Notes under the pieces: generated by a model
The model's database searches: none
The model's input: the letters and a program-made list of their open reading frames with translations, nothing else
What the model was told of the DNA's origin: nothing
NCBI RefSeq assembly: GCF_001194135.2
Contig: NC_068984.1
Location: 46,976,709 to 47,025,863, forward strand
Direction: 5' to 3'
Length of the DNA: 49,155 nt
Source: Octopus bimaculoides
Lineage: Eukaryota
Translations under genes and position numbers: made by a program
Part shown: positions 1 through 13,369 of the stretch, piece by piece
How the letters are laid out: each line of letters starts with the position of its first letter
Position numbering within the stretch: the first letter of the stretch is position 1

Positions 1-6
1 TATATA

Positions 7-39
<33 letters not shown>

Positions 40-287
40 AAATACAAAAGTAAGCACATTAGGGGGAAAACAAGATGGAAAAAATAGTACTCGAATTCCA
101 ATAATAGAGTAATATGCTTTTAGTGAAGCTGCAAAATTATCACAAAAACTGTTATTCAGAATTTCATGTTCATGTTCACTGCACAATTGTGAAGAAAACA
201 ATTAGAATTGTGATTGTGTATGTAGTATAGTGTGATGTAATGTAATTCAAACATTACATTACATCATACTATATTACGTCTACCATC

Positions 288-670
288 ACACACACAAACA
301 CACATACACACATGTATATGTACAGAGAAAGAGAGGGGAGAGAGAGGGACAGAGAGAGGGGAANNNNNNNNNNNNNNNNNNNNNNNNNNNNNNNNNNNNN
401 NNNNNNNNNNNNNNNNNNNNNNNNNNNNNNNNNNNNNNNNNNNNNNNNNNNNNNNNNNNNNNNNNNNNNNNNNNNNNNNNNNNNNNNNNNNNNNNNNNNN
501 NNNNNNNNNNNNNNNNNNNNNNNNNNNNNNNNNNNNNNNNNNNNNNNNNNNNNNNNNNNNNNNNNNNNNNNNNNNNNNNNNNNNNNNNNNNNNNNNNNNN
601 NNNNNNNNNNNNNNNNNNNNNNNNNNNNNNNNNNNNNNNNNAGGGAGAGAGAGAGGGGGAGAGAGAGCGG

Positions 671-704
<34 letters not shown>

Positions 705-717
705 AAGAGAGAGAGAG
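288..717. repeat. (CA)n/(GA)n microsatellites flanking an N gap
   Basis: Visible dinucleotide runs on both sides of N364-641. Confidence 0.95.
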
Positions 718-719
718 TT

Positions 720-1175
720 TAGGTATGTTTCGGTCAAAAAACTTGCCCAAGCCATGTCTATCTTAATATCACCACCTGCTGGTCTCTGTGAAGTAATTTT
801 TGTCAAGTTTTGTGGTGTCATGGTCCATTCAAGTGGGGAGTTGTTGAATGAGATATATCATAAGATGTATCTAGGTACGTAAGTGGATTCTTTGGTATCC
901 CTGTAAGAAATTTGTCCAGGTTTCATTTGAAGGTGATTGGATCTTTTTCTTCGTTAATTTGTTTTGAGATAATGTTAAGGAAATGGAATTGTATTTCAGT
1001 GAATTTATGTGTTATGATCCTCAATTTTGCAGAGGGCATGTGACACGTATTCCCAGCTTTAGATGAATTCTGAATCTAATGTTAAGGTCGTTTGGGCAAT
1101 ATCAGTGCTATATTATCTACATTGTGCAAATAAGGTAGCGTTCATGGCGCACTCGACTTCTGCTCTTTAATCATA
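720..1175 (-). mobile_element. CR1/L2-group LINE 3' end (degenerate ORF2 C-terminus)
   Basis: Minus-strand translation across stops and frameshifts gives RHERYLIC..CPNDLNIRFRIHLKLG..KQINEEKDPITFK*NLDKFLTGIPKNP..NNSPLEW, the typical post-RT tail of CR1-group LINEs. It ends in a (TC)n tail. Confidence 0.7.
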
Positions 1176-1699
1176 TGTCCACAGGGAAACTGATGTAATT
1201 GTCGAACATACCTCAAATATACATACCAACATTATATACAGTCAAACATACATCCTGTCACCTCAGACCTTCGGGAAAGAGCTGATTCTGAAGAAACGTG
1301 GGGATCAGCTTAAACCTTCTTGTTGCACTATACGATGCCAACCAATAACAATATCATACACAGACCCAACACCGCTCACCATCAACCACTCAACCTAAAC
1401 TACTCAGCATGTCGAATGTTATGCAGCTCGACCATGTGCACACTGGTGAGTAAGAAGTGTGTGCAAAAAAGACCCCTGAAATAAACGCACTCAAGATGTT
1501 CTTAATATATCAATGTCTCTACAAATGAGCTACATTATGCTTTTGATAGCTCTAGAATTAAGTATGACCGTTGCTTGTAAATGAGCCGGGAATCATTATC
1601 TATGTTAGCATGTGCATAAATGGTAACCTATGCTAACCCGTGGATAGAAAAGATATCCAAAATAAACAGAGAACATGATTTGCACAACACTGCATTTTC

Positions 1700-2200
1700 T
1701 TACATGGTTAAAAATCTCGCCAAGATTACGGAAATATTAAGCTCATCCAGTATTAAAACACAAATAAAAAAAGTAAACTCACGGTAGTTGGTGTTGCTTT
1801 CTTCGGGCGAAAAGGTTCTGGTCAATAGCTTAGAATAATTTGTGATTTTCATGAGGGTAAAGTAACCCTTAACAGTTGGACATGGAAGAGTAGCAGATAT
1901 GAATGGAGGGAATCTAAAGGGGCCCACATTTTGAGGAGGATTATTTGGAAATCGGAATTACGAGGGGAACACGCTCATAGTGATGCGAAAATGAGTGTCG
2001 AATGAAGATTTAAGTCGGGATGGTATGAGTGTAGATGACCTAATAGAATCTGAACAGTAAATCTTTACATCATTAGCAGTGCAAAATCAGAAGCAAGAAC
2101 GAACATATCGGTGGGTCAATTGACAGAGTGTGTTAGTAAATGATTTCATGACAATCTGTGAAGGGACATTTCTTGGGTGGCAGAGATTTCCAGCTTAAAC
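1700..2200 (-). mobile_element. Possible CR1-like LINE EN-RT linker remnant
   Basis: Weak resemblance only: FPPFI..LPCP..SNTNYREFTFFIC versus the GIPP..NYRPISLT..C pattern. Confidence 0.2.
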
Positions 2201-2275
2201 ATTAGAAATCAATTTTATTATCATTAACTACTTTTTCTTCTTGGTATATTCGAGTAACAAACATATACATGTATG

Positions 2276-2334
<59 letters not shown>

Positions 2335-2335
2335 A
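2276..2335. repeat. (CA)n microsatellite
   Basis: Visible run. Confidence 0.95.
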
Positions 2336-3221
2336 TAAACGTACATGCATACTTACATACATATATGTCAATGTTTGTGTGTGTGAACATATTCTGTTAC
2401 TTTTTCATTTCTTGTTCATTACATTTTGTCGTGGCTTTTCTTACATCTATTACATATTACTTTGGTAAGTTATTCACCTTCACATTTTCATACAATTTTG
2501 TAACACCTTTTCAACTTCTGACAGAAATATAACCATTTCGCATAGAATATTCATGTATGAAATTCCACATTTCACTCTCGATTACAAAGCATATTTAGCA
2601 AATGATCAGCTGTCTTGACAGTGATATTGAGATTCTTATAAAGAATGTCTAGCTACGGTTTCAATATGTAGTTTCTGTCACGTTGGCTATTTCCAATAAA
2701 GATTGCGAATATAATGAATTTCGAGTTTCTCCAAGGATAAATTTTCTTTCATCATTTCGAAATCGATAAAATAAAATTCCAGCCAACTACTTAATTGATA
2801 AATCGAGCGTTTATTCCCCAAGGATGTAACTTTTTTGCTTGAGTTAGAAAATATTCTAATACTGAAAATAAAAAAAATAAAAAAACTTAAATGCGGGATT
2901 GTAAGACAATTACAAAATAACTGCGGATGACTATTGTAGAAAATAAAGAGAAACGATTATTTAATTATGAAGTAAACTCATTAATTAAAATGCTATATTA
3001 ATAGAAACCAATAAGCACCTGTTTTAGTATTTGAATGTTTAAAATTCATGTAATAAAGCAGTTTCTAATATGTCAGCATTAAAAGATGATAATAAAAGAA
3101 TCATTAATGTGCAAAGGTGTTATGGTGATTATCACAGTTAGAGTCCGTGTCGACTAATGAGTGTTTGCCTGTAGGCGGGTTTCTTATGCAATTGGAATAT
3201 TGTTGTTTTCGTTCTTTAGTT

Positions 3222-3378
3222 TCTACATCTATCTATATATCTATCTATCTATCTACGTACCTACCTACCTATCTGTCTATCTATGTATCAATGTATCTAT
3301 GTGTATATATATATATATATAATTGTGCGTGTCTTTCTATCTATTTATCTTTCTGGTGTCTATGTATCNNNNNNNNNN

Positions 3379-3410
<32 letters not shown>

Positions 3411-3445
3411 GTATATAGACATATGTATATATCTATCTATCTATC

Positions 3446-3483
<38 letters not shown>

Positions 3484-3545
3484 ATTGTGCGTGTCTTTCT
3501 ATCTATTTATCTTTCTGGTGTCTATGTATCTATCCATCTATCAAT
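3222..3545. repeat. (TCTA)n/(TA)n compound microsatellite
   Basis: Visible runs; a ~65 bp block is duplicated on either side of a 10-N gap. Confidence 0.9.
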
Positions 3546-3644
3546 CACTCCATCACTCTTTCTCTATGTATACACGTATGTGTATTTGTGTATAAATATA
3601 TTTTGTGCCTGCATGCATGTGTGCGTGCACATGTTGTAGAGATT

Positions 3645-4245
3645 ATACTTTCTGGCACTCTGTTGATGTTTGGTCTAATGCTAATTGGAATTTACGCACG
3701 TATCTTATGTGCATGATTGTTCAGATTGTGTGTTGAATACCTGAAGGTGAGTCGAAATCACACAAGCTAAATCAATTTATAAACACCATGGTAGTTCTTG
3801 GTTAATTACTACATGCCAGAAATATGGCTGACTGATCTATGGTCTGACGGAAACCTATAAAGCATCAAACCAAAACTGTTGTGCTGGATTTGACAGATCT
3901 GATTCTTGTGGTTTTCCATCGGCAATTCTTTCAAGCTATTCCAGTGGGAATTTTTCTTCTTGCGGTGATGAAAATGATCTCTGCTTTCTGTTGAAATAGA
4001 GTTTTATATAGATAAAGATCTATAAATTCCTGATACACTAAAGTATATATTGCCTTTAACGACATTGTTAATATAATCGAACAGTTTTACATTACATTAT
4101 CCGGAATTTTCCAGACGAATGAAGAGGAAATTATGAAGTTTTCCTTTCAGTGAAAACTCTCTTCATTTGTGAATCTTTACCTTGAATGAGAGTAAATAAA
4201 ATATTAATGATAACGATTTACAATGCTTTTATTTCAGTTTGTCAC
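3645..4245 (+). pseudogene. Candidate class A GPCR relic (FMRFamide-receptor-like), TM1 to start of TM6
   Basis: Ordered motifs across frameshifts: TM1 IILSGTLLMFGLM; TM2 TYLMCMIV-SDCVL; TM3 SSWLITT..MAD*(gac tga, possibly DR via CpG decay)..KPIK; TM4 FLWFSIGNSFKLF, ~26 codons after DR; TM5 YILPLTTLLI*SN..SRRMKRK; TM6 RFTMLL, then cut by a microsatellite. Manual alignment only. Confidence 0.4.
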
Positions 4246-4582
4246 ACACACATATATATATATATATAGATGTGTGTGCGTGTGTGTGTGTGTGTTTAGA
4301 AGGTTGAAAAGGAACACACTAGTTGATATATACATGGGAAAAATGTCAAGGTAGAAAATGCTAAAACAATTTTCTAAAAAATACCTTTCAGTAACGGTTT
4401 TACAAGGAAAATACCCCTTGTATTTGAATACGATGCAAATATTCTTTTAAAAAACTTTTCATCTAATTTTCCCAAAATTTAATTGTTTTCCATACTTACA
4501 ATTGAAAAAGTCTCAATGACCGAAACCGGTACTGAAATGTTTTTTTATAAAATTACATTTGCATTTTCTACCTTGACTTTCT

Positions 4583-4984
4583 GTGGCTGTGTGATAAATA
4601 GCTTGCTTACGAACCGCATGGTTCCGGGTTCAGTCCCACTGCGTGGCACCTTGGGCAAGTGTTTTCTACTATAGCCTCGGGCCGACCAAAGCCTTGTGAG
4701 TGGATTTGGTAGACGGAAACTGAAAGAAACCTGCCGTATATATGTATATGTATATGTATGTGTTTATACATTTGTGTGCCTGTGTTTGTCCCCCCCCTCA
4801 ACATCGCCTGATAACCGATGCTGGTGTGTTTACGTCCCAGTAACTTAGCGGTTCGGCAAAAGAAACCGATAGAATAAGTACTAGGCTTACAAAGAATAAG
4901 TCCTGGGGTCAATTTGCTCGACTAAAGGCGGCGCTCCAGAATGGCTACATTCAAATGACTGAAACAATTAAAAGAGTAAAAGAG
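4583..4984 (+). mobile_element. Near full-length octopus tRNA-derived SINE (OK-like)
   Basis: tRNA-like head with B-box-like GGTTCAGTCCC, ACCTTGGGCAAGT central block, internal (TA/TG) microsatellite and GACTGAAACAA..AAAAGAG tail. Other copies in the window share these blocks. Confidence 0.85.
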
Positions 4985-4994
4985 CATATATATA

Positions 4995-5898
4995 CAGAGT
5001 AGTGCAGAGAAGACGGACGTTTTTGTAATGCTTTTACTCAGCCCCAGTGGGAGGGACATATGCCCGAGATGCATCATTCCGTCCGTGATGTCTTGGCATT
5101 TTCTTCTCTTTTCAGATGAAACCATAGCGCCGCGGACAATAGAGCTTCACGTGATCGCCTACGGCATTTACCTGAAGAATAAAGAGTCTGTCACAACTGT
5201 TCAGCGTGAACTTTGGCGCCACTTCAGCATTCATCGAAATCAGGCTGTGTTCCCACCCATAACACAATGTTACGTTGTGTGAATGCACTTCCTACACGAG
5301 GTACACTAATAAATAGGAGACCGGTGGGGACACTAGGAACAGTGACGACGACACCGGAAAAGTGGAACACGTCAGATAAGCTTTGATACGGAGTCTAAAT
5401 CGCTCAGCTCGGAGTCATTCCACTGAACTTGGCATCGGTAACCGTTCAGTAAGGTGTATTTTGCATGAATACCTGCATGTCCACCCGTACAAATTGGTCA
5501 TTGAGCAACAGTTGAAACTACAGGACTATACACAGCAGCTTAACTTCCCACGTCAGATGGAAGCAATTTTTGAGGCAAATGGTAACCTCATTTTGTTAAT
5601 GAGTGATGAAGCTCATTTTCATCTCAATGGCATGGTGAATCAACAGAACTGTCGTTATTGGACTCTTGAAAATCCGAGAGAACAATGCTGGAGAGAGTGG
5701 AGGCCAACTTTCAAGAACGCTTTCAGAATTGCATCAATGAAAACGGGAACCACACCATGGATGTTGTTTTCCACACTTGAGGTTTGACAAATGCAAGTTC
5801 AAAACGAACACATTGTTGTCAATAAAATTTGTTTGCAGCTAAAATTAATGATTTTGTGAATTTTTCAAAACCGTCTGTTCTCTCTGCTCTAACACGTG
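4995..5898 (+). mobile_element. Internally deleted Tc1/mariner transposon (DUF4817-type N-terminus, probably DD41D/rosa-like)
   Basis: Degenerate TIRs (CAGAGTAGTGCAGAGAAGACGGACGTTTT vs reverse complement CACGTGTTAGAGCAGAGAGAACAGACGGTTTT) flanked by TA. Transposase pieces YLKNKESVTTVQRE..HPYKL..MSDEAHFHLNGMVNQQNCRYW are fused directly to the C-terminus MLERVEANFQERFQNCINENG. Confidence 0.9.
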
Positions 5899-5959
5899 TA
5901 TCAGTAATTCGAAAAATAAAAGAGTCATCTTTGTGAAAAATTACTTATAGTAGAAGAGG

Positions 5960-7000
5960 TTCTCTTCAACAACTCACTGATCGATGACAGATAAGTGATT
6001 CTTCTACATTTTCTAGAAGCAATGCTCCTATTTATGCTAAGATGAATGTTGAAATTTTGAATGTATATATTATTTTCCCACAAGCATTTCAGTTGCATAA
6101 GTGCTCCCCATCGTTTTAATGACAGAATTTTTCTATTGCCAAATTTGTACTGATATGTTTAATCCAAAGTTCTTAAATAACTCTGGTGGATCCTTTTAAA
6201 ATATGTCGATGGTGTAGCCATTCATAATATTTAATATTTTGAAAACGATCTTTCTAAAACTCGTAGCTTTATGGGATGCTCTTTGCAAAGATGTTGCGGC
6301 TGAATAACTCAACGAGTTAGACTATTGCAGTTCCATAACAGGAGTTATAAGGGTTTAGAATGCATAACAATCCTTTTGATCCTCGTCCATAAAAAAATAT
6401 TAAGCTATAAAAGTGATTTCCAAATGCTTATTATTATCCTGGCATTTCTATCTTTGCATGCATTGATTCTCACCCAAGCGTGCACAGACTCCAGGAAAGG
6501 TGAGTTAGAGAATTCCGTACGAAGTATCCTCGATATCTATATTTTGTAAATTTCCTTTCCCACGATATTATTGCTTCAACTCCATTATATGATCTTATAT
6601 CAATTTTTTTTTTCTGTAAATTGCAACTCAGAAATCTTCCTCATAATTTGTTTGAATTGTTAGATATCAAAGACAGGAATAATAACACATAACAGCGTCG
6701 ATGAAGCAAACCAACACAAAATGATAGAGAAAAATTGCCAGTTCGGTTTACGAAAATATTTTATATATCAAAAATGCAATATATACCACTTGATCGATAA
6801 AATATCTAACAGCATCACTTGTGTAATTTCCGTTTAAGGAAATGCGGCACTTCGGAAAAACATAGTCAGCCCATGTAAGTCCACAACAACCAGGTTCAGG
6901 AATATCATGGAGTATTTTACTGTTGATGATTACCTTGCTGGATAGAGAGGATACCATTAAATAAAGGCACTCCAGCCAGCAATATTTGGCATACAACTGT
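5960..7000 (-). pseudogene. Weak candidate class A GPCR relic
   Basis: LAGVPLFNGILSI, then SMIFLNLVVVDL (N-to-D about 26 codons), VLVCFID(R)CYVLLF about 60 codons later, TPVMELQ*SN, and INRSI..SRKCRR. Many frameshifts are required. Confidence 0.25.
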
Positions 7001-7369
7001 GATAATCTGTCTATTATTCAATAAATATTGCTTTCACTATTCGTTCAACATTTCTCAGCTGCCTAATGGGGCGATTGAGTAAACTAGTCAATAACGACCA
7101 TATAATGACTATTGGTAATAGATGTAATTCAAATATGTTATATAAAGAAAACTATGTAATGACCGTTATTTATGCCTTGTCTTGTAAATCAGTCTGTGTA
7201 AAAACCAGTATACCTGGAACACAACCATAGATTGATGGTGATGAACTATAACCTGAACAATTCTGAACAAACATTTCGCCACTTTCCTCGATCGGGCGAC
7301 CGAGCTATTACTTTATAAGTTCGTTCAGAGTTGCATCTCTTAGGTACATCTCATTGACAAGAATAAAAA

Positions 7370-7480
7370 AAACTCGAAACTTCGATGTTTGGGATCCCTG
7401 ATGAGTGGGTGACACTGAATAAACCAGATGTTTTCAGACCTTCATCCTGAGGAGCGTAGGCTCGAAAGGTAAAATACGTT
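7370..7480 (+). ncRNA. Degenerate hammerhead-like cores, possible Penelope terminal-repeat relic
   Basis: CTCGAAACTTCGATG, CCCTGATGAG and CATCCTGAGGAGCGTAGGCTCGAAA occur within 110 bp; stems are incomplete. Confidence 0.25.
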
Positions 7481-7570
7481 TTCATTTTTGCCGAGCGTCA
7501 AACTGATGTTCTTGCTTGTTATTCCTACACCTGTTTTCGTTTTTGGTTTTTCTATAAATTCCAACTGTAC

Positions 7571-7742
<172 letters not shown>

Positions 7743-8032
7743 GTTTGGGCACATATTCTGTATGGATCTGCATATGCATATAAATGTGTTCTGATAATAT
7801 ATTATGGTCCTGAGCGTGCATGAACATTCTCACATGAAATGATTTGCAAATTGACTTATAAAAAATTGCGGTAGTCCCGTGTAGGCGCCTGTATATTTAT
7901 CCAAGATGGAGACGACTACCGACGTTTCATGTAGCACGCTTGATAAGCGTTCAGAGATTTCTCTTGACATAAAATGAATGGTAGCCTTGTTAACCCTGAA
8001 TGAAAATACACACACACACACATATTTATATA

Positions 8033-8170
8033 TACGTATGTATGTATGTATGTATGTATGTATGTATGTATGTATGTATGTATGTATGTATGTACGTATG
8101 TACGTATGTATGTATGAATGTATGTATGTTTGTATGTGTGCAAGTATGTATGCATGTATGTATGTATGTG
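8033..8170. repeat. (TATG)n microsatellite
   Basis: Visible run. Confidence 0.95.
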
Positions 8171-8963
8171 CGTTTGTGTATATACCTATGTATATGGGAA
8201 AGGAAATTTGTCTTCCGATTCTATATGGTTGGACACTTTTCTAAATCTACACTTGACTTTTACTTACACTAAATCAGTGTGTAGGAGAAGTTTGTTTATA
8301 TACAGATAGCTAAACAGAAAGATAGATTTCGAGGAGGATAGGAATATCGCTAAGGCGGCAAGAGTTATATTTTGATATGACGATTACATGAATCTGCTGA
8401 GCATGAATATGATGACGTTGTGGTCGCTGCAGTTGCCTAAGGTTACGACAGCGTAATTACATTCTTATGAATTGCTAAGCGCAAAAATGTATACACGTGG
8501 ATGTATATGTGCGTAAGTTTGTGTTTATGTGTAAACTTGTGTCTGTGTATGTATGTGTGTATTTGTGTGTGTGCGAGTGTGCGTGTGTGTTTGCGTGCGT
8601 GCGTGACTCTATGTGTGCGTGTGTGAGTTGTATGCCAATAATAATTTCGAGTCTGAAGATATATCTCTTGGATTTTATGCAAAAGTGTAAATCAGTGTGG
8701 TTCTTCTTTTTTTTTTTTTGTGCTTGCCCTCAAATAGATTAATGGTATTGATAATTGTTTAGATTCCCATAAATTATTATTCATATATAAACAGGTTGAA
8801 TAGCAGCCAATAAAACATAATTAACAACACGTATAGAAAACTACTCATATACCTATTCATTCACATGTACAACATATTGATGTATGCTTGTACACATATG
8901 CGTTTGCATTTTTTTTATATACATGCATAGACATATACTTGCAGAGGTACATATATATTTTTC

Positions 8964-9000
<37 letters not shown>

Positions 9001-9580
9001 TATNNNNNNNNNNNNNNNNNNNNNNNNNNNNNNNNNNNNNNNNNNNNNNNNNNNNNNNNNNNNNNNNNNNNNNNNNNNNNNNNNNNNNNNNNNNNNNNNN
9101 NNNNNNNNNNNNNNNNNNNNNNNNNNNNNNNNNNNNNNNNNNNNNNNNNNNNNNNNNNNNNNNNNNNNNNNNNNNNNNNNNNNNNNNNNNNNNNNNNNNN
9201 NNNNNNNNNNNNNNNNNNNNNNNNNNNNNNNNNNNNNNNNNNNNNNNNNNNNNNNNNNNNNNNNNNNNNNNNNNNNNNNNNNNNNNNNNNNNNNNNNNNN
9301 NNNNNNNNNNNNNNNNNNNNNNNNNNNNNNNNNNNNNNNNNNNNNNNNNNNNNNNNNNNNNNNNNNNNNNNNNNNNNNNNNNNNNNNNNNNNNNNNNNNN
9401 NNNNNNNNNNNNNNNNNNNNNNNNNNNNNNNNNNNNNNNNNNNNNNNNNNNNNNNNNNNNNNNNNNNNNNNNNNNNNNNNNNNNNNNNNNNNNNNNNNNN
9501 NNNNNNNNNNNNNNNNNNNNNNNNNNNNNNNNNNNNNNNNNNNNNNNNNNNNNNNNNNNNNNNNNNNNNNNNNNNNNNNN

Positions 9581-9620
<40 letters not shown>

Positions 9621-10125
9621 TTATACGTATATTTGTATGCAACTTTTTTTGCGCTCTGTCTGTATTCGTGCATATACATGTCTCCCTATTTCCTGTAATA
9701 CTTATTGATTAGCAAAAATACGAAGGTGAAGTTACTGTTTAATTTAATATACACCCACGAGTTCGGTTATAAAAAAAGTTAATATACTTCGCCGTTTATG
9801 GTCCAGAAAATTACGACCGGAAATGGGATTACTATTTCCATATGTGACTCAATAAACTAAAGGCATCTATATTTTCAATAAAGAATTGCAGAATGCATGA
9901 CAGGAAGTAAATTTATAAATTATGAAAGCAGTTAAAATGAAATCCCCACTTGTCGCCTCGGTGTTAAATGTAATCATCCCGTTATCTGTTGGTGCATCTG
10001 AAAGTCTTTCTGGCTTTATCTCTCTCTCTCCAACAAGCACATGCATTCATATATATATCAAATGTGCGTATAGATATGAAAGTGCGTATTCGTGTATGTA
10101 TGAGTGTGTGTTTGTGTGTTTGTGT

Positions 10126-10200
<75 letters not shown>

Positions 10201-10666
10201 TGTATGTGTCCTTTCGAGGGAGACAGAAATATATGAACTTAAATTAAGCGGTCTAATGAACGGGGACAGGAGAGCAATTGTTTTATTCATTTACACATTT
10301 ACACATAGATTCACACACAGAGACAGACACACTGGAACACTCACTTGCGCGCGCAGTCAAAGCTACAGGCATGCATACACACTGACATACATACGCACAT
10401 ATATATTTATCCTCTATTACAGTGTATGTGCGTTTGAAAATGGCAGTGAAAGATTGAAACTCATAGCTCATCTGCCACAGAGGCAAATATACTTGTTGTC
10501 TCACGGTACTACTTCGCTTGTTGCACTCGCGATAGCTATATTACGATGGTGTCAGACGTCATAAAAAAAGGGAACAAAAATAGAAGCCTTCAGGCAACTA
10601 TATGTAGTTCTATATTCATGCGCACATATATACATACATGCATATGTGTGTGTATTTGTGTGTGTG

Positions 10667-10688
10667 AGTAGTAGTAGTAGTAGTAGTA

Positions 10689-10747
<59 letters not shown>

Positions 10748-10751
10748 GGTG

Positions 10752-10814
<63 letters not shown>

Positions 10815-10832
10815 ATAGTAGTAGTAGTAGTA
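10667..10832. repeat. (AGT)n-(GGT)n-(AGT)n compound trinucleotide repeat
   Basis: Visible; explains the poly-S/G and poly-T ORFs. Confidence 0.95.
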
Positions 10833-11170
10833 TTTCGACTAGGCAGGATAAAGCAACTGTGCAAAGAAGAATGAAACGAAAAAGAAAGGGACTTTTGCCT
10901 CATTTTAAACAACAGGAAGAGCGGGAGGTTTCAGAACATAGACTTGAACAACGTGCACGATAGAAAATTGAGACTGAGAGAAGCGAATTTTGTGATTGAG
11001 ACCTCGGTGGTTGTAGTTCAGTAACGAACTGAGTGCAATAGATGAAATTTCAAAGATGTACGGTGTGTGTGTGTGTGTGTGTGTTTGTGTGTGTGTGAGT
11101 GAGAGGGAGTGACCACACTGACAGACTAAGAAGGGGAGTAAACAATACATAGTCAGATATACAACTACAT

Positions 11171-11226
<56 letters not shown>

Positions 11227-11239
11227 CAGACAGATAGAC
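11171..11239. repeat. (TAGA)n microsatellite
   Basis: Visible run. Confidence 0.95.
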
Positions 11240-11289
11240 GTGAATGAATGTGAAACAAACAGATAATGAAATGTGCATCCGTGTATATG

Positions 11290-12110
11290 CATGTCTTCCT
11301 GGCTGTGTATACGTATTATTCTTAGATGTAAACAATTCGTGTGTTTTTTTCTTTTTATTTTAATCCTTTCCAAGTCTATCTGGATTAACTTGGAACATAT
11401 TTTTATAATAATGCTTTATGGTTTTCATCTGGAAAAACCTTGTTTAACGCTTTCAAAATTTGAATAAATTTCACTACGTTGCAGTAATATGACGATGGTA
11501 TGCTTAGTAGCGAGGAGCGGAGGCGAACTGATTTATTAGACAACCCAATATTTGATGGTTATGACGAAGAACTCATAAATAACATCTGGTAAAGCAAACG
11601 TTTGCCAATCAAATGCATTTTTACATTTGTTGAAATAACCACCGGCCCGAAATTTGTTCTCTACTATTTAGCACACATAATTCATTAACATTTCAACCGT
11701 ACCTCAGTTTTTCGTAAATCCTTTGTTAACTGTTTTGCATTGAAATAAATCTAAGTACTTTGCGATAAAATATTTCCTTTTGTCCTTGTACACTAATTAC
11801 GAACTCATAACATAATTAAGGTGTTGATAATATAAACCATTGTATATTACTAAAATTCAAATAATACTTTTTACATCTAAGATCCAATAATTATTCAATT
11901 AAGCAATTAGTATTTAACTATTGAACTATGATTGCTTGAATTATTCAATTGTTTACATTCTATATCAATATTAACAAAAAGATATAATTTAATTTTCCAA
12001 TTTATTGTTTCAACTAGTGTACATAGTTTTCTTTACGAAATACATAATGCATATTTCTATACTTACAAACATTCTACTCACTTATAGAATTTTCGGAGAA
12101 AAATTTCAAT
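11290..12110 (+). pseudogene. Candidate class A GPCR relic, TM3 to helix 8
   Basis: SSWLCIRIILRC..VCF (TM3); IFPFVLV-TLITNS-IIKVL (TM5); TMIA*IIQLF (TM6); TNILLTYRIFGEKFQ (TM7/H8, Y-x6-F). The TM3-TM5 distance is too long, so an insertion or two separate copies must be assumed. Confidence 0.3.
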
Positions 12111-12240
12111 TCAATATTTAATTTATTGCTCAGTTATATGTATATGTATTTATGTGTATGTATGTATGTGTGTATGTGTGTGTGTGTGAGCGAGAAAGAG
12201 AGAGAGAGAGTGTGTGTGTGTGAGCGAGAAAGAGAGAGAG

Positions 12241-12279
<39 letters not shown>

Positions 12280-13153
12280 CTGTGCGTGTGTGTGCGCGTG
12301 TGTCTGTGTGTCTGTGTGTTTGAAAGTGTGCTTTCTTGCTTGTTTATATTTTTGTAAAATATAGCCGTGGTTTTGACTGTTTTGAAGACGATGTTAACAG
12401 CCCCAACCATCACTTCCCACTCGTAAAGAAACTTTGCATGTTTTTGACATAACTGGAACAACTGATAGTATCAAGCACGTAGATGCTAGAAATGGTTGTA
12501 CTTATATCTAAAGTTATATCTGAGAAAGGCGTTACAAACAAAGCTGTGTCATAAACAGTTAGACATTTTGATATAGAGTACCACGTCTTTCAACAATAGA
12601 GTATATCTAAGTTTCATTAATCGTGTAAGAAGCTTTTATTTAAACAGAAGGCGCAGGATGACAGAGAGGTTATGTTGCTTACAATAGTTCCTGTACCCTC
12701 GAGTTCGATCAATTTTTGTGGAAATAAGACAAATGTCTGCAAGAACAGTCGACGTTAAGAACTAGTATTGCTAATGAAATTAACAAGGCGAGATAATTGT
12801 AAAGCTCGTTATATTGAATATATATCTATGAAGAAACCGGACAGATTTATCACACAGTGTGCTTGGGAGGATTTTCCCAGAGGTTTACATGAAAAATACG
12901 CATTAAAATGTAAAGTAAATGCATTTTAATGAAATAAGTAGGTAGTTACTTTTGATGGGAAATAGGAACATTTGTTCTCATTGAAATCAGCTGAAGGTCC
13001 ATTTCGATCTCCAAAACATATTCTGAAAATCCTTCAGTAAGTCATTAACGTCAGAAAATAAAAAGCGAAAGACGTAGCACATACGAGATATAAGACTTTC
13101 AGAAATGTAATATTTAGTCCCTACTCTGTTTTCTACTCCAACAACACAATATA

Positions 13154-13369
13154 GAGGGTGGGTCAAAAGTCACGCACCCATAACATTTGACATGTCATTT
13201 ATATTACGCCGTTTTTATCATTACTATTCATTTTGTTATTTATATAAAAGTACGTGCGTATTCATCATTATTTTATTTCTTTTATTCAATTTCAGAGATA
13301 TTGAAGTGTATCACAGACAATTGTAGAGCGCGTTGGACTTATTTTGTGCGTGACTTTTTGCCCACCCTG
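13154..13369. mobile_element. Tc1/mariner-type MITE (216 bp)
   Basis: 24 bp TIRs GAGGGTGGGTCAAAAGTCACGCAC / GTGCGTGACTTTTTGCCCACCCTG with TA on both sides; no ORF. Confidence 0.9.

Noticed and set aside
2400-3200. Hydrophobic frame with FVTPFQLL
   Set aside because: Isolated motif in very AT-rich sequence, with no ordered partner motifs.
3300-3530. Direct duplication across a 10-N gap (also at 13600-13760 and 43618-43690)
   Set aside because: Identical sequence on both sides of a fixed 10-N spacer is typical of unmerged contig overlap, so it is treated as an assembly artefact.
6380-6560. TIR-domain-like FLES..KDRNARIIISIW
   Set aside because: Spacing to the other TIR boxes does not fit, and no LRR region is visible.
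12350-12800. GPCR-like words DREVMLLTIV..SSSINF..RR*ELVLL
   Set aside because: TM6 and TM7 motifs are almost adjacent and would need a large deletion; too weak to call.
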